Source: Candidatus Omnitrophota bacterium
Lineage (GTDB): Bacteria > Omnitrophota > Gorgyraeia > Tantalellales > Tantalellaceae
Reading direction: 5' to 3'
Assembly: GCA_049642065.1 (NCBI GenBank)
Contig: JBAROK010000026.1
Coordinates: forward strand, 1,868-65,867
DNA: 64,000 nucleotides
Part shown: piece by piece, positions 1 through 13,300 of the stretch
Layout: the number at the start of each line of letters is the position of its first letter
Numbering within the stretch: the stretch's first letter is position 1
The notes under the pieces: generated by a model
What the model saw: only the letters and a program-made list of their open reading frames with translations
What the model was told of the DNA's origin: nothing
Databases searched by the model: none
Position numbers and translations under genes: made by a program

Positions 1-1
1 C

Positions 2-421
2 CCTGCTTTTGGTGCGGGCATGGAATGCGAATATGGATGCATAGGGTTCGGGGATTGCACGCCGGTATGTCCGTTTGATGCTATCCACATGGAAAACGGG
101 TTGCCTAAAGTGGACGTTGAGAAATGCACCGGATGCGGTAAATGTGTTGAAGCGTGTCCCCGGGACATTATCAGTCTGCAGGAGAAGAAATTCAAAAATT
201 TATTTTATGTTGCGTGCAGCACGCATGATGGGGCGTTACGTGTAAGGCAGATCTGTTCAGTTGGTTGTATAGCATGCGGTATATGCCAGAAACTTTCGCC
301 GGAAGGATACTTTGAGGTCGTCGATAGTCTTTCCTGTCCGAATTACGATAAACAAGGCAAGCAGGAAGAAGTGGAAAAACTGGTCCAAAAGTGTCCGACT
401 AAGGTTATCAAAAAAACATAG
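2..421 (+). CDS. 4Fe-4S ferredoxin-domain protein, C-terminal part (RnfB-like). 5' end runs off the window.
   Basis: The frame is open from position 2. It carries two Cys clusters typical of 4Fe-4S binding: CTGCGKCVEACP and CSVGCIACGICQ. Confidence 0.55.
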   Translation, partial: PAFGAGMECEYGCIGFGDCTPVCPFDAIHMENGLPKVDVEKCTGCGKCVEACPRDIISLQEKKFKNLFYVACSTHDGALRVRQICSVGCIACGICQKLSPEGYFEVVDSLSCPNYDKQGKQEEVEKLVQKCPTKVIKKT

Positions 422-428
422 GCTTAAT

Positions 429-1037
429 ATGAACATTGCAGTTTTTGTTTCAGGGAACGGAAGCAATCTTCAGGCTTTGATAGACGCGGAAGCCAGGGGG
501 GAGCTTGCCACTGGCAAGATAACCCTTATTGTATGCGACCAGCCCGAAGCTTTCGCTTTAAAAAGGGCGGAGAAAGCTGAGATAAAGACTTTTGTGCTTG
601 AAGCGGCCGGAGTCGCATCAAGAGAAGAATACGATAAAAAAGTCGCAAAAGAGCTGGAAAAAGAAAATATAGAGCTTATCGTACTTGCTGGTTTTATGCG
701 CATCTTAAGTGGTGACTTTGTCGATAAGTATCAAGGCCGCATCATGAACATACACCCCGCGCTCCTGCCGTCATTCAAGGGCACTCACGGGATACGTGAC
801 GCGGTAGAGTATGGGGTGAAAGTTACCGGAGTCACGGTTCACTTCGTGGATCAGGGGCTTGATTCCGGACCGGTGATCCTGCAAAAGTGCGTGCCTATTG
901 AAAAGGAAGATACGATGGATACTCTGGAAGAGAAGATCCATAGCGAAGAACATAAAATGTATCCTGAGGCTGTAAGGTTATTCACCGAGAACAGGCTTAG
1001 GATTAACGGAAGAAGAGTTGATATCCTGGACAAATAA
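429..1037 (+). CDS. purN: phosphoribosylglycinamide formyltransferase
   Basis: N-terminus MNIAVFVSGNGSNLQALID plus a HPALLPSFKG-type motif; about 200 aa, the GART length. ATG at 429 is preferred over the overlapping upstream ORF-track start at 312. Confidence 0.88.
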   Translation: MNIAVFVSGNGSNLQALIDAEARGELATGKITLIVCDQPEAFALKRAEKAEIKTFVLEAAGVASREEYDKKVAKELEKENIELIVLAGFMRILSGDFVDKYQGRIMNIHPALLPSFKGTHGIRDAVEYGVKVTGVTVHFVDQGLDSGPVILQKCVPIEKEDTMDTLEEKIHSEEHKMYPEAVRLFTENRLRINGRRVDILDK

Positions 1038-2595
<1,558 letters not shown>

Positions 2596-2596
<1 letters not shown>

Positions 2597-3096
2597 TGCG
2601 TCTTCTTGACCAAAAATTCCGTAGCAATAAGTTAAAGTATATCGGCCAGGCGCTGCTTGGCGGTTTGGCTGTTGGCATAGCGCTTCAAACCTTTGATGTT
2701 GTCAATAAGCCGGTCATCATAGCTTCTTTTGGAGCCAGTGCGTTCATAGCGTTCACGATGCCAAATCAACCGATATCCCGCCCGAGATGTCTTATTGGCG
2801 GGTATGCGGTAGGATTGGTCGTGGGGGTTCTGATGAACACCCTTACGTTCTTGCCCGCTGAAGCATACATATTACAGAAAGAAATCGAGATCACAGGAGG
2901 AGCAATAGCTGTGGCTTTAGCGATGTTCTTGATGTCTATAACCAATACTGAGCATGCACCTGCTACTGGAGTAGCTTTGGGTCTTGTGATAAACGAATGG
3001 AGTCTTCTTACGCTGGGTCAGATAATGGCTGGAATAGTTGTTATCTCTGCGATACAGAGATTGCTCAGGCCTTGGATGATGGATCTCATCGAGTAG
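2596..3096 (+). CDS. HPP-family integral membrane protein
   Basis: Four hydrophobic helices. SFGASAFIAFTMPNQPISRPR resembles the HPP-family core, with PNQP in place of HPP. Confidence 0.55.
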
Positions 3097-4054
3097 CGTG
3101 AGATCTGAGGAAATCGTTAACTTGCCTTAACCCGGTTAATCCCTGCACCGCGCCATGTCCCGAACATATCAGAGCTGAGACAGCTGATGCGAATTCCAGA
3201 TTTCTCTTCATGTTTTTTAGAAATGCGTCTTTTCCGTCTGCCGAGTACCTGTAGATAAGTCCTGCAGTAAAACCGTCACCAGCACCGATAGTATCTTTTA
3301 TGCGTACCTTGAAAGCAGGTTGTGTTATCTTTTTCTTTCCGTTCCAATAGAACGCGCCTTTTGTTCCTAGGGTAACGATTATATCTCCCTTAAGATGTTT
3401 CTTAATCTTTTCAAGCGCCTTATTAAGGGTTTTTGCTTGTGTGATGTGCAAAGCATCATCTTCGCTGAGTTTCACAAGGTCGACATACGCAAGTATCTTT
3501 TTTATCCTTTGCCGTGCTTTGGCTTTATTCGGTATTTTGCTCTCACGCCAGTTCGGATCATATGTAATAAAAACGTTTCTTTTTTTAGCCAGCCGCAACC
3601 GTTTCATTACCGATCGGAAAAACACATCGCTATACGAGAAGAAAGAACTAGCATGAAACACCACCGCGGATTTAAAGGGGGTTTCGCAAAGATGTTGAGC
3701 CTTGTCTTTATGGGGAACTTCTTTCCCGTAAAAGATGTAAGAAGAGTTGCCTTTGGAATCTATGCTTGCGAGCGCAAGAGGTGCGTTTATGTTCTTATCC
3801 TTTATGATATGGCGGGTATCTATGCCTTTATCCTTGAGTATGCTTATAAGAGACTGGCTAAGAGAATCGGTTCCCAGTCGAGACATTAGAGCAACAGGCA
3901 GGTCGAGTAGGGCAAGGATCATTGAAGTATTTGTAGCAGATCCTCCGGGATAGGCATGCAGGGTTAAGGGCTTACCCTTAGAGGACTTTTTTGCCACAAG
4001 GTCAAAAAGCGTCTCTCCGCAACATATGATTTTTTTAGGTATATTCTTGCCCAT
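3086..4054 (-). CDS. PfkB-family carbohydrate kinase (ribokinase/fructokinase-like)
   Basis: N-terminal GETLFD and C-terminal GAGDGFTAGLIY (the PfkB anion-hole/ATP motif); 322 aa. Confidence 0.8.
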   Translation of the reverse strand: MGKNIPKKIICCGETLFDLVAKKSSKGKPLTLHAYPGGSATNTSMILALLDLPVALMSRLGTDSLSQSLISILKDKGIDTRHIIKDKNINAPLALASIDSKGNSSYIFYGKEVPHKDKAQHLCETPFKSAVVFHASSFFSYSDVFFRSVMKRLRLAKKRNVFITYDPNWRESKIPNKAKARQRIKKILAYVDLVKLSEDDALHITQAKTLNKALEKIKKHLKGDIIVTLGTKGAFYWNGKKKITQPAFKVRIKDTIGAGDGFTAGLIYRYSADGKDAFLKNMKRNLEFASAVSALICSGHGAVQGLTGLRQVNDFLRSHATR

Positions 4055-4153
4055 GCAATATTAATAATAACATACAACCCCCGTATCAACAACCCGGGAC
4101 GTAAATATGTCTATATGGCCAAAAAGAGGGAAATGGCCCATACAAGCTTTTTA

Positions 4154-4183
4154 TTGACATAACTGGCTTTTTCATGGTATAAT
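4154..4183 (+). promoter_or_regulatory. sigma70-type promoter: TTGACA, 18-nt spacer, extended -10 TGgTATAAT, upstream of the giant ORF
   Basis: Hexamers read directly: TTGACA 4154-4159, TG 4175-4176, TATAAT 4178-4183. They point toward the ORF at 4289. Confidence 0.6.
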
Positions 4184-4288
4184 CTGGCTTCCACTGTATA
4201 TAAATGATAGGGGCTAAGTAGATAAATCAACATATAAGACTAAAGATAAATACTATATAGAAGTGGCGCGTAAATAATATAAAAGAAT

Positions 4289-4381
4289 ATGGGAAACTTA
4301 TTTATCAAGCACAAAACATGGGTCAGGATAGTGGCAATAGGCGTAGTGTGCCTATTTCTTCTCAATGATTTTGCGTTCGCT
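4289..4381 (+). other. N-terminal signal peptide / membrane anchor of the giant protein (MGNLFIKHKTWVRIVAIGVVCLFLLNDFAFA|VED)
   Basis: A positively charged n-region, a hydrophobic core, and an AFA|V signal-peptidase-I-like site. Confidence 0.55.
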
Positions 4382-7300
4382 GTTGAGGATGTGGCACTGA
4401 GGAAAAATGCGTATACCCTTTCTCCGGTTTCCCGCATAAGGCCGATTATCACAATTGAGGATAATGACGGTGAGCTTACCATAGTCGAGGATGAACAGGA
4501 AAGATCCAGACTGATCGAAGGTTTTCAGGAAGACGCCGGTTTCATATACCTGAACACTCTCATAGCCCAGGTGCTTCAAAAGTTCGGCTCTAGGATAAGC
4601 GCCGAAGGGTTGAAAGAACTTATCTCCAAACATCTTTCCCACGTAGATTTCACTAATTTTAAATGGCAAGAGATTTACAAAGAAGGAGACGTCTTCTGCC
4701 TTCCATATGCTAGAAAAGATGATGGCCGTACACAGATATTAAAATTCTACCTTCCGAAAGACAAAGAAGTACAGTTTCCCCACGAGGTTGCTTTAAAGTT
4801 TGATGACGGTTCAACTGCCATATTAGAAGACCCGATGGCCGAGCTTCCGGAGCATCTTAAGAAAATCCGTGAGACCGCTGCCAGTATCGCAGGGCAAGGA
4901 ATATTGTCTGGGATGGAGCTAGCGGAAAGAGGGATTAAGGGGAGCGCCTCAGCGGACGTAAAGGATCTTTCAAAAGACGGCAGGCTTTCATGCAATATGA
5001 TCTTGGTGGAGAAGTCTGAGAGGGACAGGGAAGCTTTAGACAGAACACTTTATGATAAATACCAGGGAAGTTTTCAGGTAGTTGCCGAAAGAAGAGAAGA
5101 CGTAGAAGACAGAATCTTGCGTTGGCCGCAGAAAGAACTTGAAAGAATTCTTGGAGAAAGAGCTTCTCATAATTTTATCGTAATAATCGATCCGGCAAAA
5201 CTTCATCCTGTCAGCAGAGAAGATGTTAAGAGAGTGCCCCAGGGTGCCTATCGTTCATATATTGAGATGCGTTTCAGTTACGGGATAAGACCTGAAGCTT
5301 TCAAAGCCGTGCTAATACCTAAAGAACTTGTTCCCATTATAGGGAATGTCTTTCCGCCACATGTAAAGATCATTGAAGTAAACGGCACAAGGCAAAAAGA
5401 GTTGGAAGTGCTGAGGCAGGAACCGATGATGGTAGGAGAGCGTCGTATAGGGGAAGAATCTAGAACGCGTATGGTTAACATGGAATTGCCGGACTATGAA
5501 ACTGCCCTTAGCGATTATTTAAGAGGCATGTCTAGAGGAGATAAACTCCTGACCCATATCGTAAGGCTTACTGCTCCGTCTGATGTCGAGCCTGAAAAAT
5601 CCGAAAACGAAAAGAAACATATACAAGGAGATAGTTCTGGGGATGATGGGAATCCTTCAGCTAAAGGTTCGGGTGGCCCCGTAACGTTAATGAGTGTAGC
5701 CTTACCTGCCCTTGCTACAGCATTTTTAAACACAGGCGAAGCGATAGATCCACTGATACCTGTGCTTTTTGGGATTGTTGCATTAGTCGCGATACCTATA
5801 GCGCTTTATCATGCATACAGATTTTGTATCGGGATAATGACAGTGGCCTTAGGGGTCAGAGAAAGAATAGCGACTGAGTTTGTTTTGGGAGGCGGCCTTA
5901 TCGCTGCCGGGATCCATTTGGGGTTCGGTCAAGTTGTACCGTCTTTTACGGAATATATAGCATCACCACTTTTATGTAGTGCCGGGGCGTGCCTCATAAC
6001 TTTTGGTGCGTACGAACTCGTAAAAGGTCTCATCATAAAATGGTCAAAAAAACAGGAAGACACACCGAACTTGGGTTCAGTCAACTCTTATGATCTAGCG
6101 TCTCACGAACTTCTTCGGGAGCATCTTAGGTATGCGGGGCAGTTACAGGCATGGGGACAGGAAGTAGAAGGTACAGACTTTTCGCAATATTATCACGACA
6201 GGCTAACTGAAGCCGGGATAACTCTACCAGATGATCTTAATCTGATCGTAATAAAACATAATCATGGGCCCCAAGGATCGCTAGAACAGAAATTTCTTTA
6301 TTTTGAGCCTATGGCTGAAAAATGGATATTCTCTCATTCTGGAACGCGCAAAGGAACCGGTAAATTCGTATATCTTACTGAGGAATCTTTATATCTTCTT
6401 ACGCATAACGTAAGCAGACATCCTGATTGCAAAAAGTTTCTTGAAGAACTTTTAATGGAAGAATACGAACACGCTACCCTTAAGCTGGAAGGCCGCTGGG
6501 CACAGGATTCACATAAGCTTGGCGATTCGCATCTTAAGGAATATGTGGAAAAAAACTTTAAGCTAAGACAACTCAGGTTAGCGGAACCCGTAGCGACAGC
6601 TATAGCCGATAACTGGACAATATCCGGAAGCATAATAGAACTATTTATTGATTTTCACCTTAAGGAAAAAGTTCCGCTAGATATTGAAGCGAGGTTTCAT
6701 AGAGAAGCAACTGAAGCAACAGACCTGGGGGGAATAGCCCGCATAATGGCTAGCAGCGCCAAGAGTCCGGACCACGCGAGAGAAAGAGTGCTTGAAGATG
6801 TACAAGTGATGGTTAGGTATAACTTGGCACAGGCGCGCAAGACAATAGATTTTATGGACGAAATGGCGGCAAAAGTTTCGCCTGAAATAAGAGAAGGACA
6901 AGAGTTTAAGAATCTCGTTGCTTTCTTTGTGGAGAATTTGAGTGACGCAGAGCTATACAAGGAAATCATAGACGATGAGCACATTCAATATGACGAGATA
7001 AATATAGGTTATCTGGCAAGGGATACGATCAGGTTCCTTAAGTCCCTGAAACAGTTCGAGCACACCGATATTGTTTTTAAGAATGATACGCCGGAGACGA
7101 CCATTTTGGGTGAGCCATATCTTATACGCTGGGAATTTATCGGTGCAGTGTTGAGGGAGGTTGATAATCTGCCAAGAGGAAGCGGCAAGATAGAAATCGG
7201 ATATCGGCAAGATTCATCAAGGATAGGGATCGAATTCATAGCGGAAAACCCGGCAGAACGCGCGAGGTGGATCGAAAGCGTAAAAGATAAATGCGCTGAT

Positions 7301-10300
7301 CTGAACGGTGCTTTTTATCGCGAGCTTAGGAAAGAATATAGAAGGGATGCGGGATCATGTTTTGATGCTTCTTACGTTCTTTCCCGAGTGCTGGCGGAAC
7401 ATCTTGGTCTTCCGATCGATGGTGATTCTCCCGATAGGATAGAGATAGAGGTGGGAGAGTACCCGTCTACGAGGCTTCTTAAGCCTTCTATTCACGCTTG
7501 GGTAATTGTGTACAGAAAAGGGGAGAGAACTCTTCTTATCGACCCGACCAGAGGGCAGTATGACAAGGGACAGTATAACAAAATATTTGTTGGAGAGTAT
7601 GCGAAGGCGATGGAAGAGCTGGAGCTAATAGGTCCGGATGAGCTGAGAGGAAAAGATGACTATAGGGATATAAACGATATCTTATTCAGCCATACGAGCA
7701 AGGAACCCCTGGACCTGATGTCAAGCCGCGTGTTGGAGAATATGGAGCTAGTCAGCATACTCAGAAACAGGTTGGATCTCAGTATAGGAAACGCAAGTCT
7801 TGGTCTGACCGAGCGGTTTGATTTTCTGGTGGGTGCTAATAAAGAGAAAATAATCAAGGAAACTGCTTTTACTGTTGCGGAGATTAAAAGAAGTACAGGC
7901 AAAAATACTAGAATGGGAGTACGCGTGGGCTACAAGGATGAAAGCACGGGTACGCAGTTTGACCTTGTCCTGGATATTGCTTATTACGGGGACGTCGAAA
8001 AAGTCGAAATAGTCATAAAAGTGTCAACCTCAGATATCTCAAAAGTGTTCCTCCTCCCGGAGCCCAATACTGTTGATATGGTCTTTCTTGGCGGAGGTAA
8101 AGCTTCGCTAAAACCAGCAGCGAAAGAGGCACATCCCGTTAGGCGAGGGGGAGAAAAAAACATACGAACTGACGAAGAAGCCAATGAGATCATACCAGGA
8201 ATTTTCAAAGCGCTAGGTATTGAATCGGAAAAACTGGAATGGCGCGAAGAGGATGGGTTGGTAGTAGCCGACATGCCGGTAGAGATGCTTAAAGAGCAGG
8301 AGGTAAAATTAGCGTTTGATCTTCCCGAGAAGGCACCTGTTGCAGGAGAGCTATTGATAGCGTGTCACGGAAGCTCACCGATGTTTTTATGCTTAAGAGG
8401 TAAAAAGCAGCTCGTGAAGATCATCAATTTAATGCCCTATTACGAGGATCTTCCCGAAGAAACCGCATTACGCATTATGGGCAGACTGGACGCTAAATTC
8501 CCAATAATGGAATTCGTGGGACACTCGCCATATTCATATGCGGTATTCAATGAGTGGGGAGGGTTGATCGAAATAACATCCGGATATCCGAACACAAAAA
8601 AATACCGTATTCCGATACATGTTACGCGCATACCCATACTCCCAGGGGTGTACGGAGGATCCCACTCATCGAGCGAGATAAGTGCCCGCGCTACAGTCGA
8701 ATATGCTAAACCAGGCATGAAAGTGCTTGTTGTCGGAACCGGCAAAGGTCTTGAGGCTCGAATAGCGGCGCTGCGGGGTGCTACTGTAGATGCCGTGGAC
8801 ATAAGAGAACTTGCAGTCGCGAACACTAAAATAACCTGTTATCAAGCGGGCGTGTCGGATAAAGTGAACGCATTCTGCAACGATCTTTTTAACGGGCTCG
8901 GGAAATATGATCTTATTATCTTTAACATGCCGCATGCCTCCGATGAACCGCTGGTTCACGATCTAGTTACAAGTAAAGACCGTAATACCAGTGATTTCGG
9001 AGGAGCATTGCTTGACAGGGTAGCCGATGAGATAGCAAAACACATGGCGCTGGGAGGTAAAGCCGTTCTTATCAATAGTGAATCTTTTATTACGGAAAAG
9101 AAACTGAAAGAAAGAACAGGGTTTAGCGTTAGATCGGACTTCTTTGATGTTGCCGGAGGATCAAAAGCGTACATTATAGAGAGGCCCGATTCAGATAGGG
9201 AAAAATCTGCCGGGATTTTACGTCTTCCTTCGCCGCGCGGGCATGTTCCCGATATACAGGGAAACATTGAAAGGGCTAAAAGGAATATGTGCCAGCCTTT
9301 AGAGCAGGACAATTCTACTATAGTTAGTGAAAAAGATATCGACTGGACGGCGATAAACGCGTACATGCGCCAGAAGAAACTGAAGGTATACCCCAAAAAA
9401 GACAGGCCTGTCGTACATGTAGTGGACATACAAGGCGAGAACGGAAAAGACCTTTTCGGGTTTCCGCTTGTACCGGGCCATGAGGAGTTTGAGGGAATTG
9501 TACCGGTCATATCGTACAGGTCCTTAAAGGACGACCGGTTGCACGTGTTCATGACAGCCGGCCTTTATGACGACTATCTTGAAGTATCCCACATGAGAGC
9601 GACTAGAAGCGCGAAAACGCTTCGTATTGTCCGGCTCGCCGAAATACTTGATCACGAGATCTTTGAACATTCCGAGGAAGCTCTTGCTGAGCCCGAAGAA
9701 GAAAGGCACCATCTTGCTGCGCTCCGCGCCGGGCATTTTATCCCGCGTGGCCAGAAAATAAGCGCGTTCCACAAATGGGTCTTGGACAATATGGCGCTTA
9801 CAGAAAACGGACGCGAACATATAATGCTTATGCTTGACGAAGAGAGGCCAGAGCCGGAGAGGTCCAGCCAGCGTAAATACGAAAGGAATTTTTATAATTA
9901 CGCCAAGAGCGTGTTACCAAGGGAAAAATATTCAGGCAAAGTGCAGCGTGCCGCTCATCATCTTTTGAGAGTATACGGGCACGGAGATGTACACGCTTTT
10001 GAAGAATTGTGCGTAAAAGTCGGAGTAGACCCCAAAGCGCTTAGTAAAGCGATCGAGCAAGAGGAGAAAAAACACGTGTTGAACGCCGTTGAAGGGTTTA
10101 AGCCGGATATAGTTATTACGGAGACGAGTGAGACGAATGTGGAGATAGATAACACAAAAGCCATTGTAAGAAAGCTGCTCAAGAACCAATACGCTGATTT
10201 TGTATGGAACGCGCTGATGAAAGCCAAACACGGGCCGGAATGTATGACGGTGCTGTTGGAGGTACTTGCTAAACACGGTAAAGATGTCTTCTGCAGCGAG

Positions 10301-13300
10301 AAGATGGAGCCTGTTATAGAGTATGCGTTCAGGGAACTAAAACGGTACGATAAAGAGAAATACGAGAGAGTAAGCGATAAGGCCGGTACAGTACTTGAGG
10401 TAGTTTCAGATTATATGGATCAGCTGGCGATACTTGCCAGTTATCTTCTTGCCCAGGAAAGGTTGGGAGGGCTTATAGCGGACTTTACGATAATCGACGG
10501 CCAGATATACCAAGAAAAGGTGACCCCTCTTACAGTTTATCTTCAGCAGCTTATTAGCGGAACGGGCCCCTTCGAAGACCTTAAAGATAAATCTTACGAG
10601 AACAAAGTAAGGATAGGGTGGGACGTTCTGGAAAAATATATCGAATGTATTCAAGAGATAGCTAAAAGGGGAGCAGTAATATGTAACGTTAAGTTAACTA
10701 ATTTTGGTATAAGAGAGAACGGTGAAGTGGTTCTTTTTGACCTGGGAAGGTCGTCTTTGGGGTGGCATGACAGAGGAGAGATAAACCAGGAGTTCGCGCT
10801 TACCCTGCTTGGTACGAAAATAGCAATGGATGCCAGGCGACTTGAGAACTTGAATGCCGAAGGTGTTTTTGAAGAAACGGGCATACGTCATGATTTTGGA
10901 GATGATGAGCAAGCCCAAAAACTTCAAACGGAACTAGCGCGGATATGGACAGAACTAATCTCCGCAAGACCCATTGCGGAGGGTGACGAGGAGGCCGTGA
11001 AGATACTGGATGGCAGGGAGTTTGTTGAGAGGGTCAAGACCATTCTCCCAAAAACACCGGAAGAAGCTGAACCCGAATACAGGAGGATAACGTTCATCCC
11101 AAACGAAATAGCGGGGGAAGAGATCTTACAGGTAATAATGAAGGAGATAGATGACAGTAAAACAGAAACAACGTCCTCGCTTCCACAAGGATCCATACAT
11201 GGCGTTTTCACATATCTATGTGAAAATAATGTTATAAATCCTGAAACTAGTTTACCGGGCGATCTGATAGCTAATGGTCTTGACCGCCAGTTTGGAACGA
11301 TAAAGTATGACCTGAGAGCTTTATTTTACCATTTGCATCTTATTGAAAAAGCGGATGTCAAGGAGACCGGCAAGAGCGCCAGATACTACGTACCGGAAAG
11401 GGTAAAGAAGAAAGCCGCCAGGATATTACCTGTTCTTACCCGTTTTGTTGGAGAAGACCGTGTGCCCAAAGTAACACTTCTTGATAAAGTTTACGAAGAA
11501 GAGATAGCCCCCATTCTGCAAGCCCTGCCCCAAACAAGATGCAGACCCAAGCCCATTGAAGGAAAAGCGCCGATAATCCTTATCCTGGGATGGCCCGGAT
11601 CAGGTAAGACTACCCTTGGAAGATCTTTGAGCCAGGAGCTGGGAGTGCCTCATATCTCAATAGGTACATTGATAGCGCAAGAAAGGGAACGCAACCCTGA
11701 TTTTGATCCGGCGCTTCTTAACAGTAACGACTACGTCTATGGTGAGCTTCTTGAGAATGCGCTTGGGGAGTGCGATCTTACAGGAGGTGTTATTATTGAC
11801 AATTCTCCACGTACACCTGATGCGATAAACGCATTAAAAGAAATACTCGAAGCCAAAGGTCTCAAGCTCGGGGCGATAATAGAGCTTACTATTAGCAGGA
11901 GAACTGCCGGTTCACGTATGGTAAAAAGGTCCAGAGAAGAGGGAAGAAACTGGGACAGGAGCAGGAAAGTAAGGCGCAAAAAAATGGACATGTACCGGAA
12001 GATGGCGATGCCGCAGCTTGATCAGTGGCGCAAGAAAGGACTTGTATGTTCGCTGGACGCGGAAGTGGAACCGTGGATCCTGGAAGCCAGAGCGCTTGGA
12101 AGGTTGAATGAGAAAGGCGTGGTTTCGCTGCATCCGCAAAGTGACGAACAGACACATAAGCCACTCACTCCGATTAAAGAAGAGGGCTCCATAGAGTTAG
12201 CTGGCAAGAAATTCCGTTTAGCGACTATAGCAATAAGTGATACCTATAAATCACTTGAAGTGTTTGATGAAGAGACCGGCAAGCGTGTGGGTTTCTTTTA
12301 CGCTATGGTGGGAGACGAAACTAGTCCTCATTGTGCTGATGTTTGCGGAATAAGGGGAATACACCTCAAGCCCCAATACAGGGGGCTAGGATTATCAGCG
12401 AAGATGATGGAAATATTTTTCCAGAAGTTTAGAGAAGTTAATCTGCTTCTTGATGAGATAATGAACCCCATGCTAATTCACATGGCAAAAGAACATTTTG
12501 GGTTTTTGCCTGTTAACCCGGTCCCGGAGAACAGGGTGTACATAAACCTTAAGCAGGGAAGATCCAGCAAGCCAAAGATATGGATACCTGAAGATTTTCT
12601 GAGGCGTTCATACAGTATGGGTCCACCGGAAACTATGCGCAAAGAGTTCGAAGTGCTTCAGGAAGAGCCGGACAATCTAGACGATTTTGAAAAGGTATAT
12701 TTCCGTACTGCGTACAAACGGGTTTACCATCCAGGACTTAGGCTGGAAGGTGTAGATGCTGTTATTACTGATTTTGATGGCGTGGATAGAGACCACAGCA
12801 TGGATGTCGTGAGCGAAGAAACCATTGCGGCAAAGAGAGGACTATCAAGAAGAGGTGTTCATAACATAACGATTACAGGACTCGAACAGGGCAAGCTTTT
12901 CAGGCGTTTCGGCGGGGCAAAAAGAGCCGGGAAGATAAGTACCCGAGATGATTATATCGCTCTTAGCTGTTCCGGGGCTGTTGCTAACCAGGTAACAAAA
13001 GATGGCCAGATAAAACCGCTTGCAGGGTTTAAGGGTGTTTCGTTGGGAGACAGAAAGACAAAACAGGATATTGCAAGGATAGCTAGAAAGGCTTTACTTA
13101 TAGCTTGCCGAGAAGCGGGCATACCACAGGAAGCTGCCGATAATGTCGAAGAATCGATCAGGGAAGAGCAGGTATCTCTTATTGCGAGGGGCGATGAAAG
13201 AATTAGTGCGATACGTTACAGAGTAGCGGAGATTATCCGTAAAGAGCTAAAAAAACAAGGCTTTCCAAAGAATATTGAAGTTTCAGCTTCATTCGTGGCA

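Noticed and set aside
312-428. ORF-track start at 312 for the purN frame (241 aa)
   Set aside because: It overlaps the ferredoxin-domain gene over 312-421. The ATG at 429 gives the canonical MNIAVFVSGNGSN PurN N-terminus.
3395-3889. 164-aa + strand ORF
   Set aside because: It is antisense to the PfkB kinase gene, which has clear family motifs. No RBS. Shadow ORF.
8956-9552. 198-aa antisense ORF inside the giant gene. Similar ORFs lie at 13694..14113, 9932..10276, 8440..8826 and elsewhere.
   Set aside because: They lie antisense to an uninterrupted 10.5-kb frame that carries multiple catalytic motifs. They have no RBS or start context and are low-complexity Ser/Pro-rich translations typical of shadow ORFs.
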